From an uncultured delta proteobacterium (GTDB taxonomy: Bacteria; Desulfobacterota; Binatia; HRBIN30; BPIQ01): a stretch of 64,000 nucleotides of DNA. The DNA is taken from the NCBI GenBank assembly GCA_963761335.1, contig CAVXGR010000018.1:832001-896000 (forward strand), in the 5' to 3' direction. Both the position numbers and the translations under genes were made by a program. How positions within the stretch are numbered: the stretch's first letter is position 1; every line of letters starts with the position of its first letter. The notes beneath the pieces are model-generated. The model did no database searches, had not been told where the DNA came from, and saw only the letters and a program-made list of their open reading frames with translations. Positions 17,157 to 26,276 of this stretch are shown here, piece by piece.

Positions 17157-18299
17157 ATGAAGGACCAGGTCGCCGTGATCGGCGTCGGCTGCACCAAGTT
17201 CGGAGATTTGTTCGACAAGAGCTACGAGGAGCTGATTTGCGACGCCGCCTTCGAGGCCTATGCCGACGCCGGCATCGAGCCGGAGCGAATCGACGCGGCC
17301 TACCTGGGCACGTACCTGCCGGGTCCCAACGGCGGCAAGGCGGCGGTGTCGCTCGGTGATGCACTGCGCCTGTACGATCGGCCGATCACGCGGGTCGAGA
17401 ACTATTGCGCCACCGGGACCGACGCCTTCCGCAACGGCTGTATGGCCATCGCCTCGGGAACCTGTGACGTCGTCCTCGTCCTCGGTGCCGAGAAGCTCAA
17501 GGATCGCGGCGGGCGCGGCCTGCCGCGCCTCGGCCATCCCCTGCTCGCCAAGGGCAACTCTGCGCCGGGGCTCTTTGCGCTGGCGGCCAACCGCTACATG
17601 CACACCTTTGGCATGGGACGGGAGACGCTCGCTGCAGTCGCCGTGAAGAACCACCGCAACGGCGCCAGGAATTGGCGCGCTCATCTGCGTATGGAGGTCA
17701 CCGCCGAGCAGGTCCTGAAGGCACCCATGATCGCCTGGCCATTCGGGCTCTTCGACTGCTGCCCGACCACGGACGGCGCCGCCGCGGCGATTCTCTGTCG
17801 CGCCGACCTGGCGCGCCAGCTGGGCCGAGAGCCGGTGCTGGTGAAGGGATTCGGGCTGGCGGTGACCACGGGCCGCCCGTACTTCGATCCCACCTTCGAC
17901 TATCTGGGCTTTCGCTCGACACAGCAGGCCGCAGCGCAGGCGTATCGGATGGCGGGAGTGACGCCCGCGGACATCAGCTTTGCCGAGGTCCACGACTGCT
18001 TCACCTGGACCGAGATCAGCAACACGGAAGACCTGGGCTTCTGCGCCAAGGGGCAGGGAGGCAAGCTCGTCGAGGAGGGGCGCACGGCGCTGGAAGGGGA
18101 CATTCCCATCAACCCAAGCGGCGGCCTGAAATCGTTCGGCCATCCGATCGGCGCCAGCGGCGTTCGCATGATCTTCGAGTGCGTCGAGCAGCTGCGGGGG
18201 CGCTGTGAGGAACGGCAGGTAAAGGGCGCCAAGCTGGGGCTGGCGCACAACGTCGGCGGCCCCGGCGCCGTATCCTGTGTCGTGATCCTGGGCAACTGA
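17157..18299 (+). CDS. Thiolase family protein (acetyl-CoA acetyltransferase, SCP-x/archaeal type)
   Basis: SD AGGAGG. Motifs 'RVENYCATG', 'VKNHRNG', 'DCCPTTDGAAA', 'EVHDCFT', 'NPSGGLKSFGHPIGASG'. Confidence 0.93.
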   Translation: MKDQVAVIGVGCTKFGDLFDKSYEELICDAAFEAYADAGIEPERIDAAYLGTYLPGPNGGKAAVSLGDALRLYDRPITRVENYCATGTDAFRNGCMAIASGTCDVVLVLGAEKLKDRGGRGLPRLGHPLLAKGNSAPGLFALAANRYMHTFGMGRETLAAVAVKNHRNGARNWRAHLRMEVTAEQVLKAPMIAWPFGLFDCCPTTDGAAAAILCRADLARQLGREPVLVKGFGLAVTTGRPYFDPTFDYLGFRSTQQAAAQAYRMAGVTPADISFAEVHDCFTWTEISNTEDLGFCAKGQGGKLVEEGRTALEGDIPINPSGGLKSFGHPIGASGVRMIFECVEQLRGRCEERQVKGAKLGLAHNVGGPGAVSCVVILGN

Positions 18300-18430
18300 C
18301 GCAAGGCGCAACAGGCGACCCCTGCCTGTCTCATTTCACCGCAGCCAGCTGTTTCGTTTCGCACATCCGCAGCTGCGGCAAAGCCCGCTTGGGAGGGCGT
18401 AAGCGGAGCAGCTTCCGCATCAGGGCTTGG

Positions 18431-18446
18431 TGGCATAGCTCCTGCT
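18431..18446 (+). promoter_or_regulatory. sigma-54 promoter motif
   Basis: TGGCATAGCTCCTGCT (GG-N10-GC), about 45 bp upstream of ATG 18493. Confidence 0.55.
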
Positions 18447-18492
18447 TCCCGGCTTGTGCGTTTCCCCTGAAGCGGTAAGGAGAGGAGTGCCA

Positions 18493-18978
18493 ATGGAGGC
18501 TGCTGAGCGCCTGAGTAGCTGGACAAGCAACGACGTGTCGGCGGAACGTCACGTTCCGAGGTTGGTCGAGCCCGAGGTGCTGCTACCCTCGCAGTACTTC
18601 GAGTTGCTGACCGGACACAGCATTCTCGAGGGGGAGAAGCGCCTCATGCTGGCCATTCTCGAGGATGCGGTTTCGTGCTTTCAGAAGTACGAGAGCGCCG
18701 ATCGCGGTCGCAACAAGCGCCTTTTCGAAGAGGCGGCCGAGTGGATCTTCGAGGACGAGGGCGGCTGGGTGTTTTCCTTCGAGTCGGTCTGCGATGCGCT
18801 GGGCATTGATTCGCATTTCCTGCGCAACGGCCTGCAGCGTTGGAGAGAACATCGCGGCGACGACGCGAAATCGGTCGCCAAGTTTTCCCGCGTGCGCCTG
18901 CGCGCCGCCCGCCGGCACAAGATCCTCCCCTTCCGCGAGCGCCGCCGCCGGCCGAGCGGCGCCCCCGCGGTGGCCTGA
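18493..18978 (+). CDS. Conserved-looking hypothetical protein ('LLPSQY...EKRLMLAILEDA...FSFESVCDALG' type)
   Basis: SD AGAGGAG, good codon bias, helical-looking core with an Arg-rich C-terminus. Confidence 0.75.
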   Translation: MEAAERLSSWTSNDVSAERHVPRLVEPEVLLPSQYFELLTGHSILEGEKRLMLAILEDAVSCFQKYESADRGRNKRLFEEAAEWIFEDEGGWVFSFESVCDALGIDSHFLRNGLQRWREHRGDDAKSVAKFSRVRLRAARRHKILPFRERRRRPSGAPAVA

Positions 18979-19090
18979 GACGTCGCCAATTTGCCGCCGC
19001 CACTGGCAATTTGCGTCAACGGTGACGGCGGCTAATCGCTTTTCGCGGCGCGCCAGGAGCATCTCATCTGGCGCGTGACCTGTGCCGTCG

Positions 19091-19106
19091 TGGCACCGGC
19101 TTTGCT
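19091..19106 (+). promoter_or_regulatory. sigma-54 promoter motif
   Basis: TGGCACCGGCTTTGCT matches TGGCAC-N5-TTGCT, about 30 bp upstream of ATG 19136. Confidence 0.72.
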
Positions 19107-19135
19107 GCCCCGATGTCATCAAGACAAGTGCGACG

Positions 19136-20803
19136 ATGGGGCACCGCATGCGATATGCGCCGGCCACCGCGGCTGAAGCTGGCTTCGATGCCAAGCGCAC
19201 AGTTATTCTCTTGCGCTCAGCTGTGGTCGTTTCGACCAGCTACCTGATCCTCTTTGCCGAGCCGCAAACCACTCCTTCGGGGGTGGCCTACATCCTCACT
19301 CTGCTGCTGAGCAACGTGGCGCTGGCATGTCTGCCGCGCGAGTTGTTCCACAAGCCCCACTTTGCCGCCGCGCTCCTGCTCGGCGACACCGCCGCGGTTC
19401 TCGTGGGGCTCTACCACACCGTCGGCTTTTCCCAGGACTTCCTCATCGTCTATTTCTTCACGATCTTTCTCACCACGGCTGCCGCGAACCTCGTGCAGAT
19501 CGCCACAGGAGCGACCCTCGTAGCAGGGCTGTACGGTTACTGGCTGTGGATGAGCTCTCCTCACGGCCTCACCTCTGGGGAATGGCTGCGCCTGCCGTTC
19601 TTCTTCATCATCGCCGTCTTCTACGCGTACGTCACCGAGGAGACCAAGCGGGAGCGCCGGCGCCGCGTTCACGCTGAGGCCGAGAGCGAGCAGTTGCGCT
19701 TTCTCCTCAGCCTCGGGAATACATTCTCGCAGCGAGTCGCAAATCGCGAGCTTGTCGGGCAGATCGGTTCTCTGGTGCAGGCCGCCTTTCCGCGGGTGGC
19801 ATGCGAGGTCCATCTCGACAGCCACGCCTGCCGTTCCGGTGGAGAGCTCTGGCTGCCGATTGCTGCTCATGGGCAGACCTTCGGCTGGCTGTCGGCGAAA
19901 AGCCGCGACGGCAAGCGTCTGCGCGCCGAGGAGGAGCAGTGCTGCCGCGTGGTTGCGCTGGCAGCCGGCAATGCCCTCTACACTGCCGAGCAGGTCGCCG
20001 CGGCGCGGGAGGGCGATCGCGTCAAGGAGGAGTTTCTCGGGGTCATGTCCCACGAGCTGCGGACGCCGCTGCACGCCATCCTCGGCTATGCGGAGATGGT
20101 CGACATGATGCTCGAGACCGGCGAGGGCGAATCGGCGCGCGAGAGCCTCGGCCGACTGCGTGCAAATGCCTCCCGCATGCAGGACCTGGTGGAGGAGATG
20201 CTCTGTTTTGCCGAGCTCCGCGCCGGGCAGACCTCGCTGCGAGTCGAGCCCGTCGACCTGTGCGCTCTGTTCGAGCACTTTGCCGCCGGCATGGACAGTC
20301 AGCTGGCGGGTCGTCCCATCCGCTTCGAGTGGAGCGTCGAATCGGGACTTGCAGAAGTGCGTACCGACAAACGCAAGTTGCGGCAGCTGGTCAGCGGTCT
20401 GCTGAGCAACGCCACCAAGTTCACGGAACGCGGCTTCGTCCGCCTATCGGCGCGCCTGGCCGCGGAGGGCATCGTCGAGATCGAGGTGCGCGACTCCGGC
20501 ATCGGCATCGACCCCAAGGACTTCGCTCGTATCTTCGAGAAGTTCCGCCAGCTCGACGGCTCGCTGACGCGGCGCTTCGACGGCATCGGCCTCGGCCTGC
20601 CTCTGGCGCAGGCGCTGGCGCACACGCTCGGCGGCCGCATCGAAGTCGACAGCCGCCCGCGAGAAGGGGCGAGCTTTCGCGTGCGTCTGCCGCGCGACGC
20701 CGGGAGCCCGGCCGGGGTCGGGGCGCTCGAGAAAGCCGCTGTTCCCCGAGGCGTCGACGACGATGAAATTCCAGTCTTCATCCGCCCGCAGGCGGCGGCG
20801 TGA
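19136..20803 (+). CDS. Membrane sensor histidine kinase (multi-TM input, GAF-like remnant, HisKA, HATPase_c)
   Basis: H-box '[13 protein letters not shown]', N-box 'LLSNATKFT', 'DSGIGI', 'IFEKFRQ', 'GIGLGL'. Start is ATG 19136 or 19148. Confidence 0.92.
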   Translation: MGHRMRYAPATAAEAGFDAKRTVILLRSAVVVSTSYLILFAEPQTTPSGVAYILTLLLSNVALACLPRELFHKPHFAAALLLGDTAAVLVGLYHTVGFSQDFLIVYFFTIFLTTAAANLVQIATGATLVAGLYGYWLWMSSPHGLTSGEWLRLPFFFIIAVFYAYVTEETKRERRRRVHAEAESEQLRFLLSLGNTFSQRVANRELVGQIGSLVQAAFPRVACEVHLDSHACRSGGELWLPIAAHGQTFGWLSAKSRDGKRLRAEEEQCCRVVALAAGNALYTAEQVAAAREGDRVKEEFLGVMSHELRTPLHAILGYAEMVDMMLETGEGESARESLGRLRANASRMQDLVEEMLCFAELRAGQTSLRVEPVDLCALFEHFAAGMDSQLAGRPIRFEWSVESGLAEVRTDKRKLRQLVSGLLSNATKFTERGFVRLSARLAAEGIVEIEVRDSGIGIDPKDFARIFEKFRQLDGSLTRRFDGIGLGLPLAQALAHTLGGRIEVDSRPREGASFRVRLPRDAGSPAGVGALEKAAVPRGVDDDEIPVFIRPQAAA

Positions 20804-20804
20804 G

Positions 20805-21119
20805 TCAGACCACGAAGCCGGCGAATTTCACGCTCCAGGGGATGAAGGAGAACAGCTCGTAGATACAGGCGAGAAAGACAAGAACCCACGGCACCGCCGG
20901 ATGGCGCCTCTGCCAGAGGAGAAAGACCAGAAGCAGGCAGGCCTTCGCCTTGAAGATCAGGAGCGCCAGCCCGACCCCGAGGTGGGGGAAGATCGACAGC
21001 AGCAGTGGGTTCGCCTCTCCACAGCCCATGCGCAGCCCCTCGTAGGTGGCGATGCCGTCGAACAGCTGTAGCGCCAGGTTGAGAACGAACAGCTGATAGA
21101 CCGTGGTGTGGTCGCGCAT
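20805..21119 (-). CDS. Small membrane protein, DUF5658-like
   Basis: 'LQLFDGIATY.GL..G.GEANPLL' motif plus three hydrophobic segments. Confidence 0.7.
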   Translation of the reverse strand: MRDHTTVYQLFVLNLALQLFDGIATYEGLRMGCGEANPLLLSIFPHLGVGLALLIFKAKACLLLVFLLWQRRHPAVPWVLVFLACIYELFSFIPWSVKFAGFVV

Positions 21120-21211
21120 GGGCCCAGATCCCCGCTAGCCGACGGGCCGCCGTTTGTCGAGAAAAATGGAGCGCTGGCGGCAGATTTTGAGGTGACGGGC
21201 GGCCGGCGCTG

Positions 21212-22450
21212 CTAGTAGAGAACCCGCGCCTCCCGGAGGCGTTCGACCTCGCCTGGCGAGTAGCCGAGAATCTCGCACATCACGTAGGCAGTGTGCTCCC
21301 CGAGGCAGGGTGCCGCATGGCGCACCGCGAGCGGGCTGCCGTGCAGCTTCCAGGGAATACCGAGGTGCTGGCGAACGCCCACCTCGGGGTGCTCGATCTC
21401 GGTGAAGAAGCCGCGGCTCTGCAAGTGGGGGTCGCCTGACAGATCTCGATTGGTCATCGATGGGCAGGCGGGGATTCCCAGCGCCAGCAGGGTCCCCGCC
21501 ACCGCCTCGGGTGTCTGCTCTCGCGTCCACACCGCGACCGTGGATTCGAGCGCATCCTCGTGCTGCTTGCGGCCGGCGGTTTCGGCGAAGCGGCGATCAC
21601 CCTCGAGGCAGAGCAGGGGAGCGAGCCGCCGCCACTCGGCATCGCTGCGCACGGCGATGGCGACCCAGCGATCCCTGCCGGCGCAGCGGAACACACCATG
21701 CGGTGCCATGTGCGGATCGCGGTTGCCCTGCCGCCCCGGCTGGGTGCCGTTCATCACCTGCTCCATCAGGCCCTCGGGCAGCACGGCCACGGCGGTCTCC
21801 TCCTGGGACAGATCGATGTACTGGCCGCGTCCGGTGCGCTGGCGATAGAGCAGGGCGGCGAGCACGGCGACGGCGCCGTGCAGCCCCGCCGTCGGATCTC
21901 CGTAGGAGATGCCGACGTGCATCGGCGGCCAGCCGGCGTAGCCGGTCAGTGAGGACATTCCGGAGAGAGGTACCTGCGCCGGACCATAGGAGACGAAGTC
22001 CCGCTCGGGGCCGGTGGCACCGTAGCCGGACATGGCGATCATGATCAGGTCGGGCCGCACCTTGGCCAGGGCCGCGTAGCCCAGGCCGATGCGGTCCATG
22101 ACGCCGGCGGCGAAGTTCTCGCAGACGATGTCACTGCGGGCCACCAGCTCCTTGGCGATGCGCACGGCCTCGTCCTTCTTGAGATCCAGGCTCAGGCTCA
22201 GCTTTCCCTGGTTGTACTGATTGAAGTAGCCGCTGCGGTTGATGCCCGGTTGCCCATCCGCCCACGGCGGCAGCAGGCGGGTGACGCAGGTGCGGCTCAG
22301 GGTCTCGACGCGCACCACCTCGGCGCCGAGATGGGCGAGCTGCAAGGTGCAGAAGGGGCCGGCCCACACCCAGGTGAAGTCGGCGACCCGGATTCCCTCC
22401 AGAGGACGGCGGCGCGCGGGCATTCTCTCGGACACCTCAGATGATCTCAT
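21212..22450 (-). CDS. Class III CoA-transferase (CaiB/BaiF), catalytic-type subunit
   Basis: 'PLEGIRVADFTWVWAGP', 'LGAEVVRVE', 'NQGKLSLSLDL', and the conserved Asp in 'SYGDPTAG'. Confidence 0.93.
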   Translation of the reverse strand: MRSSEVSERMPARRRPLEGIRVADFTWVWAGPFCTLQLAHLGAEVVRVETLSRTCVTRLLPPWADGQPGINRSGYFNQYNQGKLSLSLDLKKDEAVRIAKELVARSDIVCENFAAGVMDRIGLGYAALAKVRPDLIMIAMSGYGATGPERDFVSYGPAQVPLSGMSSLTGYAGWPPMHVGISYGDPTAGLHGAVAVLAALLYRQRTGRGQYIDLSQEETAVAVLPEGLMEQVMNGTQPGRQGNRDPHMAPHGVFRCAGRDRWVAIAVRSDAEWRRLAPLLCLEGDRRFAETAGRKQHEDALESTVAVWTREQTPEAVAGTLLALGIPACPSMTNRDLSGDPHLQSRGFFTEIEHPEVGVRQHLGIPWKLHGSPLAVRHAAPCLGEHTAYVMCEILGYSPGEVERLREARVLY

Positions 22451-23714
22451 CCCGGCTCAGGCTCTGCCGTTCGGTTTCCCCGAGGCCGAGGATGTCGCCG
22501 TAGACGGCGTCGTTGTGCTGGCCGAGCAGCGGCGCCGGCGAGCGCAGGCGCCATGGGCTGGCGGACATCTTGTAGGGGGCCCCGGGGTAGAGCAGCGCAC
22601 CGGCACGCGGGTGCTCCAGGGTCGCGAAAAAGCCTCGCGCCTGCAGATGTGGCGAGGCGAGCAGATCGCCCATGGTCGACACCGGGGCCAGCGGAATCCG
22701 CCGCGCCTGACCGTCGCGGTAGAGCGCGTCGACGCTCTGCTCGCGCATCCACTCGGACATCAGCAGCTTCAGCGCGTCCCAGTTGGCGGCGCGCGACAGG
22801 CGCGAGTCGAAGAGCTCCATCTCCGCCCATTCGGGGCTGCCCATCAGCTCCACCAGCGATCTCCACTGGTGCTCCTCGACGCAGCAGACGAAGATCCAGC
22901 CGTCGCGGCACTCGAAGAAGTCCAGGGGATGTAGCGGCTTCACACCGAGGCGCGAGGCGACCAGGCCCTGGTATGGCCAGTACTCGAAGGTCAGCTCGAG
23001 GATCGACGCCAGGCACTCCTGAATCGATACCTCCACGTGTTGCCCCAGTCCCGAAATCGAGCGCTCGAAGACGGCCCCCAGGGTGGCGATGGCGGCGTTC
23101 AGGCCCCCCTGGAATCCGGCCTGGCTGCCGAAGGCCTTCAGCGGCGGCATGTCGTCACTGCCCCGACCGCCGCCGTTGAGGGCGGCGATGCCGCCGGCAT
23201 TCCACAGAGTCAGGTCGGTGGCGGCATCGTTGGCGCGCCGGCCGCTCAGGCCGAAGGGCGTGATCGAGGTCATCACCAGTCGGGGGTGGCGTTGCCCGAG
23301 GTCTCCGTAGTCGAGGCCGAGAGCCGCCATCTCCGGCGGCGGCACGTCGTGGATGAGGACATCGGCATGCCCGGCCAGATCCACCAGCAGCTCTCGTCCG
23401 CGCGGATGCCGGGCATCGAGCCGGATGCCGCGCTTGTTGGCGTTGAGGCTCAAGAACAGGCCGCTGCATTCGCGGTCGGGGATGCCGCGGGGAAAGGGGC
23501 CGCGGTGGCGCGCCGGATCGCCTTCCGGGGGCTCGACCTTGATCACCTCGGCGCCGAGATCGGCCAGCAGCTTGGCAGCGTATGCCGCCGGCACCAAGCG
23601 GCCGTACTCGACGACCCGTAAACCCGCGAGAGCCTGCTCCAGAGTGTCGACCTCGAAGGCGGCCGTGTACCAGATGACGGCGGTATCGCCAAGCGGCCCG
23701 CAGCGAGGAACCAC
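22437..23714 (-). CDS. Class III CoA-transferase (CaiB/BaiF), second subunit; true start probably near 23650
   Basis: 'LAGLRVVE', 'LADLGAEVIKVEPPEGDP', 'NANKRGIRLD', 'APLLGQHN'. Confidence 0.9.
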   Translation of the reverse strand: MVPRCGPLGDTAVIWYTAAFEVDTLEQALAGLRVVEYGRLVPAAYAAKLLADLGAEVIKVEPPEGDPARHRGPFPRGIPDRECSGLFLSLNANKRGIRLDARHPRGRELLVDLAGHADVLIHDVPPPEMAALGLDYGDLGQRHPRLVMTSITPFGLSGRRANDAATDLTLWNAGGIAALNGGGRGSDDMPPLKAFGSQAGFQGGLNAAIATLGAVFERSISGLGQHVEVSIQECLASILELTFEYWPYQGLVASRLGVKPLHPLDFFECRDGWIFVCCVEEHQWRSLVELMGSPEWAEMELFDSRLSRAANWDALKLLMSEWMREQSVDALYRDGQARRIPLAPVSTMGDLLASPHLQARGFFATLEHPRAGALLYPGAPYKMSASPWRLRSPAPLLGQHNDAVYGDILGLGETERQSLSRDEII

Positions 23715-23864
23715 CCGTCCGCACGCTACCCGGGCAGAGCTTGGCAGCGCTTCTCGCTTGACAGTGAGGAGCGGTTAATGGTCAGTGTCCGGGAGAAGAG
23801 CATTCGCAGAGCGGCCTGCGGTCGCGGCCGGACGGGGAGAAACAGAAGAGGTATCGAGGTATCT

Positions 23865-24569
23865 ATGATTCGCAAGGCGGGTAGCTGTCTCGTTTACGTG
23901 TGCTTGGTCGTGGCGATGCTGGGCTGCGGCCACAACGGTGGTGTCGTCGCCGGCCTCACCGGGCCGGAGCCGGCGCCGGATTCTCCGGTGGTGACCGGAG
24001 GCGTGTTGGCCCCCAACGGCGAGCTCGCCTACGCGCCGTCGCTCCTGCAGCGCTTCGCGGATCTCGTCCTGCCTACGGCGAGGGCGCTCGACCCCCGCGT
24101 GACCAACATCGGTGCCGGCGTCAACGTCGTCTTCGAGCAGCTCTACGACACCTCGACGCCCGGGCAGTTCGAGGAGGTGCGCCTCAGCAGCAGTCCGACC
24201 AATCTGAGCGGCCGCTTTGCGGTCGCCATTCCGGACTACATCGTCATTGGCGCCTGCCCGCCTCTCATGCTCAAGGTCGGTGAAGGCCCGACCCTGACGC
24301 GGGCCCTGGTCTACGACCAGAGCGATCAGGACGTCCGTCCGGAGAGCGAGGCGGTGGTGCGCCTGATCTTCTCTCTGCTCGCCGATCGACCCGCGGTCGG
24401 GATCTGCGATTTCTCCGCGGACGAGATCGCGCAGCTGACCGCCATGGTCGAGGACGATGCCGCCTCCACCTTCGGCGACAGCGTGCAGGACCTCAACGAC
24501 CGCGTCGAGCAGCTCGCCGCCGCCGACCCGGACGTGGTGAACGCCCTGAACGCCTTTGCCGGTCGCTAG
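23865..24569 (+). CDS. Hypothetical lipoprotein
   Basis: SD GAGGT, then MIRKAGSCLVYVCLVVAMLG-C lipobox and an acidic mature region. Confidence 0.7.
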   Translation: MIRKAGSCLVYVCLVVAMLGCGHNGGVVAGLTGPEPAPDSPVVTGGVLAPNGELAYAPSLLQRFADLVLPTARALDPRVTNIGAGVNVVFEQLYDTSTPGQFEEVRLSSSPTNLSGRFAVAIPDYIVIGACPPLMLKVGEGPTLTRALVYDQSDQDVRPESEAVVRLIFSLLADRPAVGICDFSADEIAQLTAMVEDDAASTFGDSVQDLNDRVEQLAAADPDVVNALNAFAGR

Positions 24570-24668
24570 CAGCCCGAGCCGCTGGCGAATCCGGCGGCCG
24601 GCCCTCCCGAGCGGCTCCGGAACGGGCGGAAGCGCCCAATTCCAACGCCGTAGCGAGGAGAAATTGTC

Positions 24669-24698
24669 TTGACAAATATTGGAAGCTCAGTCCATACT
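24669..24698 (+). promoter_or_regulatory. sigma-70-type promoter for the cohesin/dockerin operon
   Basis: TTGACA-N18-CATACT in an AT-rich intergenic patch. Confidence 0.6.
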
Positions 24699-24799
24699 GC
24701 GGCGCACTTTCGGCAGGGATGTATGCCGGGGTCGCGCGTCAGTGGGCCGGGACGTGGGCGGTCAAAGTTGTGGTTCAGTAAGTAGGAGAGAAACGGACT

Positions 24800-26251
24800 A
24801 TGCGACGACTCGGACTTCACGCGGCGATGGCTGCCACTGCCCTGCTGATGGCAGCCCAAATGGTCGCCGCGCAGATCCCTGCAGATACCTGTACGGCCTT
24901 TCAGTCCAGTGTTGAGTTCAGCCTGGAGTGTCCGATCGACAACCCGCCCTCCACCTGTGTGGACGATGGCCTCGGTGCCCAGGCGGTGGTCTCCGCGGAC
25001 GTGGACGGCGACGGCATCCCCGACCTGGTGATCGCCAACAACGAATCGGACAACGTCAGCGTTCTCTACGGCAACGGCGACGGGACCTTCGTCGAGCCGC
25101 CCGTCAACGTCGAGGCCTTCTTCGGCCCCTCTGCCGTGGCTGTGGCGGACATGAACCGGGACGGCAAACGCGACATCGTCGTCGCCCACGACTTCGACAG
25201 CAACGTGGCAATTCTCTTGCAGGGCGCCACGCGCGACAGCTTCACTCTGGGAGGCGACCTGGGCACCGGCGACGGACCGGAGGGATTAGTGGTGGCCGAC
25301 TTCAACGGCGACGGCTTTCCCGACGCCGCCACCGCCAATTACAGCGACGACAACAGCACGGTCTCGGTTCTGCTGGGTGCCGGCGACGGGACCTTCATGT
25401 CGCGGGCCGACTACATGACCTCCACTGAGTCTTTTGTCGGGCCCTTCGCGCTCGCCGTCGCCGACTTGAACCGCGACGGCTTTCTCGACTTGGCGGTCGC
25501 CAACGCCGACGATTCACCGAGCAGTGTCGGCGTCCTCTTGGGGGCCGGCGACGGCAACTTCGACCTGCTCTCGACCTTCCCGGTCGGCCGCGACCTCGGC
25601 GGGCCGGTTTCCATTGCGATAGCGGATTTCAACATCGACAATATTCCCGACGTGGTGACCGCCAACGAGGACGACTTCACGGTGTCGGTGCTGCTCGGAC
25701 AGGGCGATGGGCAGCTGGGAACCAAGACCGACATCGAGGTGGGGATCAGCCCGGAAGCAGTTGCCGTGTCGGATCTGAACCTCGACGGCCGTCCCGACAT
25801 CGCGGTGGCCAACTCGCTGGCGGACAGCGACGGAGTGACGGTCCTGCGCGGCGATGGCTCCGGAGCCTTTCTGGCCGGCGATGCCGGCGGTTGTGCGGAT
25901 TCGGGCAATTTCGCCATCGGCGGCTTTCTTCCCACCGGCATCGCGATCGGGGATTTCAATCGCAACGGGAAGCATGATATTGCTACCGCGAACAGCGATG
26001 ACCCTTCAATGGCGGTGTCCGTATTGCTCAACAGCGGCAATCTGCTCCTGGGCGACAGCAACGCCGACGGCAGCCTCACCACCGCCGACGTCGACCAGGT
26101 CGTTCCGGAGATATTTGACGGAGACGGGTCAAACGTGATTACTGTGGCGGGTGGAACGACGCAATCGGGGCCAGGAGTAGATGGGAACAAAGATCATGTC
26201 ATCAGCGCAGCGGACATTTTGGCAGTCGCGACCATCGTGGTCGGCGGGTGA
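24800..26251 (+). CDS. Secreted FG-GAP repeat (beta-propeller) protein with C-terminal dockerin-like domain
   Basis: SD AGGAG, signal peptide, about seven 'ADxNxDG.PD...AN' repeats. C-terminal duplicated Ca-loop/helix 'GDSNADGSLTTADVDQV...VDGNKDHVISAADILAV'. Confidence 0.85.
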   Translation: MRRLGLHAAMAATALLMAAQMVAAQIPADTCTAFQSSVEFSLECPIDNPPSTCVDDGLGAQAVVSADVDGDGIPDLVIANNESDNVSVLYGNGDGTFVEPPVNVEAFFGPSAVAVADMNRDGKRDIVVAHDFDSNVAILLQGATRDSFTLGGDLGTGDGPEGLVVADFNGDGFPDAATANYSDDNSTVSVLLGAGDGTFMSRADYMTSTESFVGPFALAVADLNRDGFLDLAVANADDSPSSVGVLLGAGDGNFDLLSTFPVGRDLGGPVSIAIADFNIDNIPDVVTANEDDFTVSVLLGQGDGQLGTKTDIEVGISPEAVAVSDLNLDGRPDIAVANSLADSDGVTVLRGDGSGAFLAGDAGGCADSGNFAIGGFLPTGIAIGDFNRNGKHDIATANSDDPSMAVSVLLNSGNLLLGDSNADGSLTTADVDQVVPEIFDGDGSNVITVAGGTTQSGPGVDGNKDHVISAADILAVATIVVGG

Positions 26252-26276
26252 AAACCCCAACGAGGAGGAGAGACCC

